A stretch of DNA of 45,603 bases, from contig JAJRCO010000019.1 of the NCBI GenBank assembly GCA_028678905.1, positions 1-45,603 on the forward strand, in the 5' to 3' direction. Every line of letters starts with the position of its first letter. Position 1 is the first letter of the stretch. The stretch comes from Methanomicrobiales archaeon. GTDB lineage: Archaea; Halobacteriota; Methanomicrobia; Methanomicrobiales; JACTUA01. The position numbers were made by a program, and so were the translations under genes. The notes under the pieces were generated by a model. That model was not told the origin of the DNA, did no database searches, and saw only the letters and a program-made list of their open reading frames with translations. Positions 8,946 through 15,381 of the stretch are shown one piece after another.

Positions 8946-9389
8946 TTACGTGCGTAGTTTTGGCGAGTTGAACCATAGTCCGTAGATCTGGTGCGAATCG
9001 TCGCCTTTTTTGAATACAACCCGCACATCTACTCCCTCCTCCTGCTCGAAGTCGGCCTTGTAATTGGCCGCCAGATAGTCCCCGGTCTGGATGACGATGG
9101 CATCGCCCCTCGTTACGTACAGCCCGATTCTGGGGATGATCAGTTCGCGGGATTGTTGAAACGCCGACGCATCCAGCGCCTGTTTCATTTCATCACTGAA
9201 ATCCCGGGAGTAACGGGTGTAGTTATTCTCATTGAAACCCTGGAGGAGGTTGTCAGTAATCGGGTCGGCGTAAACGCGCACCTGAATCTGTTCCGCTTCC
9301 GGCAAGACGGTTTCCTGGCCAATACAGCCGCAGGCTGTGACAGCAGTGATTGCAATCAGAATCAAAGGCAGAAGAATAGGGATCTTCAT
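8946..9389 (-). CDS. DUF3887-like secreted lipoprotein
   Basis: The 147-aa ORF has the signal MKIPILLPLILIAITAVTACGC. The body (NNYTRYSRDFSDEMKQAL...) resembles the DUF3887 family as I remember it. Confidence 0.55.
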   Translation of the reverse strand: MKIPILLPLILIAITAVTACGCIGQETVLPEAEQIQVRVYADPITDNLLQGFNENNYTRYSRDFSDEMKQALDASAFQQSRELIIPRIGLYVTRGDAIVIQTGDYLAANYKADFEQEEGVDVRVVFKKGDDSHQIYGLWFNSPKLRT

Positions 9390-9549
9390 GAAGACTATTG
9401 CGATGGTTCCCTACTTAACCTGTATGACCTCGAACAGATCTTAAGTGAGCAAACTTATACATGATCGGAACCATCAATCGCATCAGGTCAGGGCCCTGCT
9501 ATGATCCACCGGAATCATGCCGGGTGGTGTTTTCATATAAGGTTCGGTG

Positions 9550-9714
9550 GCTTTCCGTACCAGAGAGCGTATCATCTCTGTGGGTATCTCACCATATCCC
9601 TTCCTAGATCACCTACCTGCGTTTTGTCATCTGGCTTGCCATCGGGCTGGTGATCTATTTCCTGTACGCCCGGCACCGGAGAGTTGGCTGGAAAATCGAA
9701 CGAAGGGATGATTG
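9550..9714 (+). pseudogene. Decayed C-terminal fragment of an APC-type amino-acid permease
   Basis: Codons 9607-9711 read ITYLRFVIWLAIGLVIYFLYARHRRVGWKIERRDD, with the stop at 9712-9714. This looks like a typical last TM helix plus basic tail of APC permeases. It is preceded directly by an in-frame TAG (9604-9606). Another frame just upstream reads AFRTRERIISVGISPYPFL. No permease body exists upstream. Confidence 0.4.
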
Positions 9715-9938
9715 AGTATAGGGATGAAACTTCCCTCCTGATCGTCCTTTTCTTTGTTGAATAACACAGTCGTAAAGGTGTTTAAGGGACTGGGAGTATC
9801 CTAAATAGTGCCCTATGCGAATGGCATTGAGATTCCTCACCACGTAAACTCTTACCACAGACGTCAGAAATATTGCGGCTATCCATTAAGAATTCTATTC
9901 ACACATATTGGAGAGATTTTCAGACTGTCCATCAATTG

Positions 9939-9950
9939 GAATAATATTAA
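9939..9950 (+). promoter_or_regulatory. Candidate TATA box for the kai operon
   Basis: aataatattaag lies about 36-47 nt upstream of the kaiC ATG in an AT-rich leader. This spacing would give a very short 5' UTR. Confidence 0.3.
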
Positions 9951-9985
9951 GATGCTCAACCCCGATAATGACGTACTGGTGAAAG

Positions 9986-11686
9986 ATGGGGTCACGCGTA
10001 CATGGAAAGAGTGCAAAAAAACTTATCTTCCCCAAAAGTCCCTCAGGCATCAAGGGGCTGGATGAGATACTTGAAGGAGGTCTTCCCACCGGGCGGCCCA
10101 CCCTAGTGTGCGGGAATGCCGGATGCGGGAAGACCCTTCTTGCGATGGAATTCCTGGTCCGAGGCGCAACAGAATATAATGAACCTGGGATCTTCATGTC
10201 CTTCGAAGAATCGGCGGGGGATCTCATTCAGAATGTCGCTTCGCTGGGTTTCGATGTACAGAAGCTGATCGATGAAAAAAAGATCTTCATCGATTTTGTC
10301 TATTTCGAGAAGAACGAGATCGAGGAGACCGGTGAATATGATCTTGAACCGCTCTTCATCCGGCTAGGAAATGCCATTGATACGGTAGGTGCAAAAAGGG
10401 TCGCCCTGGACACCATCGAATCCCTCTTTTCCGGCCTGAGTAATGAGACCATCCTGCGCGCAGAGCTCCGGCGCCTTTTCCGCTGGTTGAAGGTGCGGGG
10501 GGTCACCGCAATCATCACCGGAGAGAGTGGTATCAACAGCTCTCTCACCCGTCATGGTCTCGAGGAGTATGTATCCGATTGCGTGATCTTCCTGGATCAC
10601 CGCATCGATGACCAGATTTCGACCCGGCGGCTGCGGGTGGTGAAATACCGCGGATCGCTGCACGGGACGAATGAGTATCCCTTCCTCATCGATGAACAGG
10701 GCATTACAGTGTTCCCCATCACCTCGCTTAAGCTCGAACACGGCACCTCGAACGAACGGTTATCCACCGGCATCGAACGCCTTGATGCCATGCTCGAAGG
10801 AAAAGGGTTCTATAAGGGGAGCTCCATCCTCGTCTCCGGTACCCCGGGGACGGGAAAGACCAGTGTAGCCTCATCCTTTGCCCATGCGATCTGCAGGGAC
10901 GGGAAAAAGTGCCTGTATTTTGCCTTTGAAGAATCCCCCAGCCAGATCATACGGAATATGCGTTCCATCGGGATGGATCTGAAGCCCTGGGTCGACGCGG
11001 GGCTCCTCCGTTTCCACTCTTCAAGACCCACGGTATTCGGCCTGGAGTCCCATCTTGCGGTGATGTTTAAGACGATGCAGGATTTCAAGCCCGATGTGGT
11101 AGTGGTGGACCCTATCAGCAACCTATTGTCGGTAAGCGACGAAAAAAATGTACAGTCGATGTTCACCCGGCTCATCGATACCCTAAAGAACCAGCAGGTC
11201 ACCACAATGATGACCAATCTGACCCATTTTGGTATAGAAGAACAGACCCAGGTGGGTATCTCTTCTCTGATGGACACCTGGATTTTGTTAAAAGATCTGG
11301 AGGCGGAGGGGGAGCGTAACCGCGGGTTATATGTGTTGAAATCGCGGGGAATGGCACACTCGAACCAGATACGGGAATTTATCCTGTCTGAACAAGGCAT
11401 CAGCTTGATCGAGCCCTATATCGGGATGGGTGAGGTGAAGACCGGTTCTGCCCGCTATATACAGGAGACGATCGATACCGCGGAAGCGAAGAAACATGAA
11501 GAAGAACTGGAGCGTCAGCGCGTGAAGCTCGAGACCCGACGGAAAGTTCTTGATGCCCAGATCGCTGCGTTACAGGCAGAATTTGAGACGGAAAAAAGCG
11601 AATTTGAGCGGATTATGGAAGAGGAAAAGCAAGCGAAGCATGCCAAACGACAGGAGAAGAATCATTTGGGCTCAATGCGGGGCTGA
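9986..11686 (+). CDS. kaiC: Circadian clock protein KaiC homologue, double RecA/DnaB-like domain with a C-terminal coiled-coil extension
   Basis: 566 aa. The CI domain has Walker A GNAGCGKT and FEES; the CII domain has Walker A GTPGTGKT and FEES. The N-terminus reads PSGIKGLDEILEGGLP. The CII loop EEQTQVGISSLMDTWILL aligns with the S. elongatus phospho-site loop (ISTITD). The tail is AEAKKHEEELERQRVKLETRRKVLDAQIAALQAEFETEKSEFERIMEEEKQAK. Confidence 0.9.
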   Translation: MGSRVHGKSAKKLIFPKSPSGIKGLDEILEGGLPTGRPTLVCGNAGCGKTLLAMEFLVRGATEYNEPGIFMSFEESAGDLIQNVASLGFDVQKLIDEKKIFIDFVYFEKNEIEETGEYDLEPLFIRLGNAIDTVGAKRVALDTIESLFSGLSNETILRAELRRLFRWLKVRGVTAIITGESGINSSLTRHGLEEYVSDCVIFLDHRIDDQISTRRLRVVKYRGSLHGTNEYPFLIDEQGITVFPITSLKLEHGTSNERLSTGIERLDAMLEGKGFYKGSSILVSGTPGTGKTSVASSFAHAICRDGKKCLYFAFEESPSQIIRNMRSIGMDLKPWVDAGLLRFHSSRPTVFGLESHLAVMFKTMQDFKPDVVVVDPISNLLSVSDEKNVQSMFTRLIDTLKNQQVTTMMTNLTHFGIEEQTQVGISSLMDTWILLKDLEAEGERNRGLYVLKSRGMAHSNQIREFILSEQGISLIEPYIGMGEVKTGSARYIQETIDTAEAKKHEEELERQRVKLETRRKVLDAQIAALQAEFETEKSEFERIMEEEKQAKHAKRQEKNHLGSMRG

Positions 11687-11714
11687 ATGAAGTGACCTAC
11701 CAAGGACAGGTAGT

Positions 11715-12023
11715 ATGAAAAAAACCGTAAAAATAGACCCGGATATCTGGGAATTGCGACTATATGTCGCGGGACAGACACCGAAAGCCATCACCGCTTT
11801 CTCCAACCTCAAAAAGATCTGTGAAGAGCACCTCGCCGGTAAGTATCGTATAGAAGTAATCGATCTCCTCGAAAATCCGCAGCTTGCCCGCGGTGATCAG
11901 ATCGTCGCCTTGCCAACCCTGGTGCGTAATCTTCCCCAGCCGATACGAAAGATTATAGGGGACCTCTCCAATACAGAGCGTGTTCTCGTAGGGCTCGACC
12001 TCCGTCCCTTACGGCCGAAATAG
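11715..12023 (+). CDS. kaiB: Circadian clock protein KaiB homologue (copy 1)
   Basis: 102 aa: [29 protein letters not shown]...[49 protein letters not shown]. It is near-collinear with S. elongatus KaiB. It starts 28 nt after kaiC. Confidence 0.9.
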   Translation: MKKTVKIDPDIWELRLYVAGQTPKAITAFSNLKKICEEHLAGKYRIEVIDLLENPQLARGDQIVALPTLVRNLPQPIRKIIGDLSNTERVLVGLDLRPLRPK

Positions 12024-12032
12024 AGGAATACC

Positions 12033-12389
12033 ATGGTGCGAAATAAGAAAAAGTCAACCGATCTGGCAAACAAGGCTGAAAACTTTGAACAGGCCTTGGG
12101 GGCATCATCCCATAACCATTATGTATTGCGTCTCTATGTAACGGGCATTACTCCCAAATCCCGTATCGCCATCCAGAACATCAAAAAGATCTGTGAGGAG
12201 AATCTGCGAGGCCGCTATGATCTGGAGGTTGTCGATATCTATCAGCAACCAGATCTCATTCGGGAGGAACAGATCCTCGCCGCGCCCACGCTGATCAAGA
12301 AGTTGCCTCTTCCCCTGCGGAAAATCATCGGGGACATGTCGAATACCGATCGTATCCTCGTTGGTCTTGATCTGAAAGTTAAGGAATAG
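12033..12389 (+). CDS. kaiB: Circadian clock protein KaiB homologue (copy 2, with N-terminal extension)
   Basis: 118 aa: a basic N-terminal tail of about 29 aa, then YVLRLYVTGITPKSRIAIQNIKKICEENL...APTLIKKLPLPLRKIIGDMSNTDRILVGLDL. It starts 9 nt after copy 1. Confidence 0.9.
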   Translation: MVRNKKKSTDLANKAENFEQALGASSHNHYVLRLYVTGITPKSRIAIQNIKKICEENLRGRYDLEVVDIYQQPDLIREEQILAAPTLIKKLPLPLRKIIGDMSNTDRILVGLDLKVKE

Positions 12390-12402
12390 ATACTCGATTG
12401 CC

Positions 12403-14547
12403 ATGCCCGGTCCTGACGCCTCCCCACCGCCCTCTCAAAAAGATCTGGAGACAGAAAACGAGAGGCTCCGTATTGATCTGGCAGAAGCACAGCAGGCTCT
12501 TCAGGCGATACGGAATGGAGAAGTCGACGCGGTGGTGGTCGGTGGTCTTGGCGTAGAACAGATCTATACTCTCAAAGGGGCAGATTATGCCTACCGCATC
12601 CTTATTGAGGAGATGAACGATGCAGCGATCATTCTCTTGGATGATGGAACCATACTATTCTGTAACCGGTATTTTTCCCGGCTTGTAGATATCCCACTGG
12701 AAAAGATCTTTGGGGCGAACATCGAAAGATTTGTGTTTCACAGGGACCGGAAAAAATTCAAAAATTTGTTAAAAACCAGGGATGAACGGGGAGAGAAAAG
12801 GGAGATGAGGTTCACGTCAGCTGACGGTACCGTCACCCCCATGAATCTCTCTATGAACGCGGTAACAGGAGGTTGCGGGATCTGTATCGTCGCGACCGAT
12901 CTCTCCAAGCAAAGGCGAATCGAAGAAAAACTACGGGCTGAATATGAGATAACCCAGAAGATATTACTTGAACGGAATCAAGAATTAGCAGCAGCCGAGC
13001 GGGATTTGCAAAACCAGAATGAAGAACTGTCCGCAACCGAGGAAGAGCTACGAAAAAACTTAGACGAACTCAAGAAAGCGGAAGCGGCACTTACCGAGAG
13101 CGAATCCGTCCTGCATAGTTTCTTCAATTCGCCAGGAGTCATGCGTGGCATCGTGGAAGTGACCGCCGACGATGATGTTCAGTATATCATGAATAATGCC
13201 GATGCAGCCACGTTTGCCGGGCTGACGCCCGATACCATGAAGGGCAGGCGTGGTTCTGAATCGGGCGAATCGCGGGATGTCCTCCGAGTATGGGTCGACC
13301 ACTGCGCCCAAAGTAAACGCTTGGGGAAACCGGTCACCTTTGAATATCGCGATGGACGGGGAGATAAGGAGACCTGGCTATCTGCTACGATCAGCTATCT
13401 GGGTTCGGTACAGAACGGGCATCCGCGCTTTGCGTATGTTGCACAAGACATCACGAAGCGCAGAGTAATGGAGAGAGAGCTACAAAGCACCGCAGAGAAA
13501 TACTCCACCCTATTTAATTCCACGTCTGACGGCGTGTGGATCAATAACCTTCAGGGAGAAATTAAGGAAGTCAACGATGCCTACTGCCAAATGTCCGGGT
13601 ACCCACGTGATGAACTGCTAGGCAGACCGGTCGGTATGCTAGAAAAGGGCGAGACCTCCGACGAGATCATTGATCACATCAAGAGAATCCTTGAACAAGG
13701 GGGACATGATCGCTTTGAGACCCGCCACCGGCGAAAAGATGGCTCCATGTTCGATGTCGAGATCACTGCCCTCTATCTCGGCCAGGAGAGAAAGCAGATA
13801 GCGATGTTTGGCCGCAACATTACCGATCGAAAGCGAGCAGAACGTCAGCTGCAGGAGTACGCTGCGAGCCTTAAGCGAAGCAATGAAGATCTGGAACGCT
13901 TCGCCTACATCGCCTCTCACGATTTACAAGAGCCTCTCCGCAACGTGGTCAGCTTCTCCCAGCTCCTCGCCCGCCGGTACGAGGGAAAACTGGATCCGGA
14001 CGCGGACGAATTCATCGGGTACATTGTTGAGGGAGGGAAGAGAATGCAGGGTCTGGTCAGTGATCTGCTGGAGTATTCACGGATAAACACACGAGCAATG
14101 CCATCCCAGCCAACCGACAGTGAAGAGGTGGTTGATCGGGTCATGCAGAATCTCTTCTTCACCATTCAGGAGAGCAACGCTACTATCGAGACGGGCTCCC
14201 TTCCCATGGTAAATGTCGATCCGAACCAGCTGGGACTGGTCTTCCAGAACCTCATCGCCAATGCCATCAAGTTCCGCAGAGACGAACCGCCATACATCCA
14301 CATCTCTGCGGAAAAATCGGGATTCATGTGGAAGTTTGCGGTGCGGGACAACGGTATCGGGATCGATCCGGCATTCCACGAGCGTATTTTTGAGATCTTC
14401 CAGCGGTTGCATACCCGGGACAAATATCCTGGAACCGGAGTGGGGCTGGCCATCGCGAAACGTATCATCGAGAGACATGGAGGAAATATCTGGGTAGAGT
14501 CGGAAATGGGAAGGGGTTCGACGTTTTTCTTCACCCTACCAACTTGA
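12403..14547 (+). CDS. Multi-PAS sensor histidine kinase (coiled-coil, about three PAS domains, HisKA, HATPase_c)
   Basis: 714 aa. The H-box is ASHDLQEPLRNV; the N/G boxes are NLIANAIKF, DNGIGIDP and GTGVGLAIAKRI. PAS-like cores include DGVWINNLQGEIKEVNDAYCQMSGY...RHRRKDGSMFDVEI. There is a long NEEL-type coiled coil (QNQNEELSATEEELRKNLDELKK). It starts 13 nt after kaiB copy 2 and has no receiver domain. Confidence 0.9.
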   Translation: MPGPDASPPPSQKDLETENERLRIDLAEAQQALQAIRNGEVDAVVVGGLGVEQIYTLKGADYAYRILIEEMNDAAIILLDDGTILFCNRYFSRLVDIPLEKIFGANIERFVFHRDRKKFKNLLKTRDERGEKREMRFTSADGTVTPMNLSMNAVTGGCGICIVATDLSKQRRIEEKLRAEYEITQKILLERNQELAAAERDLQNQNEELSATEEELRKNLDELKKAEAALTESESVLHSFFNSPGVMRGIVEVTADDDVQYIMNNADAATFAGLTPDTMKGRRGSESGESRDVLRVWVDHCAQSKRLGKPVTFEYRDGRGDKETWLSATISYLGSVQNGHPRFAYVAQDITKRRVMERELQSTAEKYSTLFNSTSDGVWINNLQGEIKEVNDAYCQMSGYPRDELLGRPVGMLEKGETSDEIIDHIKRILEQGGHDRFETRHRRKDGSMFDVEITALYLGQERKQIAMFGRNITDRKRAERQLQEYAASLKRSNEDLERFAYIASHDLQEPLRNVVSFSQLLARRYEGKLDPDADEFIGYIVEGGKRMQGLVSDLLEYSRINTRAMPSQPTDSEEVVDRVMQNLFFTIQESNATIETGSLPMVNVDPNQLGLVFQNLIANAIKFRRDEPPYIHISAEKSGFMWKFAVRDNGIGIDPAFHERIFEIFQRLHTRDKYPGTGVGLAIAKRIIERHGGNIWVESEMGRGSTFFFTLPT

Positions 14548-15381
14548 ATGAAATGTCTAAGGGTAGTCCTTCCGGTTCCTTGAAGAGCTGGCGATTTCCG
14601 ATATGGGGAAAGTACCGTTAATGGTAGACCTTTGACATTGCTTTTAGGAACCATCGATGGCCAACGATATCCCCGTTTATCTGAGTTCTTGATCAGCATC
14701 CTCTGGGGTGCCGCACACATCGCCGTGGTGAAACCCGTTATGTCGGAATGGGCTACTGTCCACAGATAACAGAAGAATCATCACCATAGAATGGGTTACC
14801 GAGGAAATTTATTGGTCTCATTGGTTATCTCGCAGGTCTCGTACCGTCTGGCGGGATACAAAATCCGGTCTCGAGCCAGGTACTGGTTTCCCTGGCAGTG
14901 ATTCTTTTTCGTCCTGGCGATCTGGACTTTTCTGATCGGGGCCAGAACATCCATCCTTCCCATTAAAATCTGTCCTCTTATGTTGGCTCGTCAGCCATCC
15001 TGTTTTGACAGGGATTCTGGTTTAAGCGGGATGTGTAAATGTAATACGAGCATAAAGCCTGGACAGACAGAATGGACGATCTCTGTACGCAACCGGCCGC
15101 AAATCACGATGACGCGTAAAATGCCCCCTAAACCCCGCCTAAGGATCAGGGATTTGCTCTTCCCGAACTACCGGCATACCGGAAATTCCGACCCCGAATT
15201 ACTAGCCAAGATAGGATACAGATGCCACTTTGATGGAAAGGAATCCCCCAATATCGGGATACTCGTTGTCTGCCTGCTAATCACCAATGCGCGGAGTTGG
15301 AAGTTGTTTACAGTGTATCTCGCAAAAGAGAATAAATCGCTTCCGATCTCCCTTCCGAGTGGATACCGGCTCCGTCTGATA

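Noticed and set aside
9808-10065. An 85-aa plus-strand ORF overlapping the kaiC start.
   Set aside because: It is in a different frame from the strongly supported KaiC N-terminus and has no features.
12403-14547. A LOV/blue-light PAS domain in the kai-linked kinase.
   Set aside because: No GxNCRFLQ-type flavin-Cys motif is present in any PAS module.
14796-14963. A 55-codon minus-strand ORF (MGRMDVLAPIRKVQIARTKKNHCQGNQYLARDRILYPARRYE...), considered as a transposase or integrase remnant marking the island edge.
   Set aside because: I cannot match it to any mobility-protein family from memory. It is kept only as part of the gene-poor-region finding.
9390-15381. A search for kaiA, sasA-like (KaiB-fold N-terminal) kinases, cikA, a response regulator, an integrase, a tRNA attachment site or direct repeats around the kai cassette.
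   Set aside because: I could recognise none of these by eye. The absence is reported in the findings rather than as a feature.
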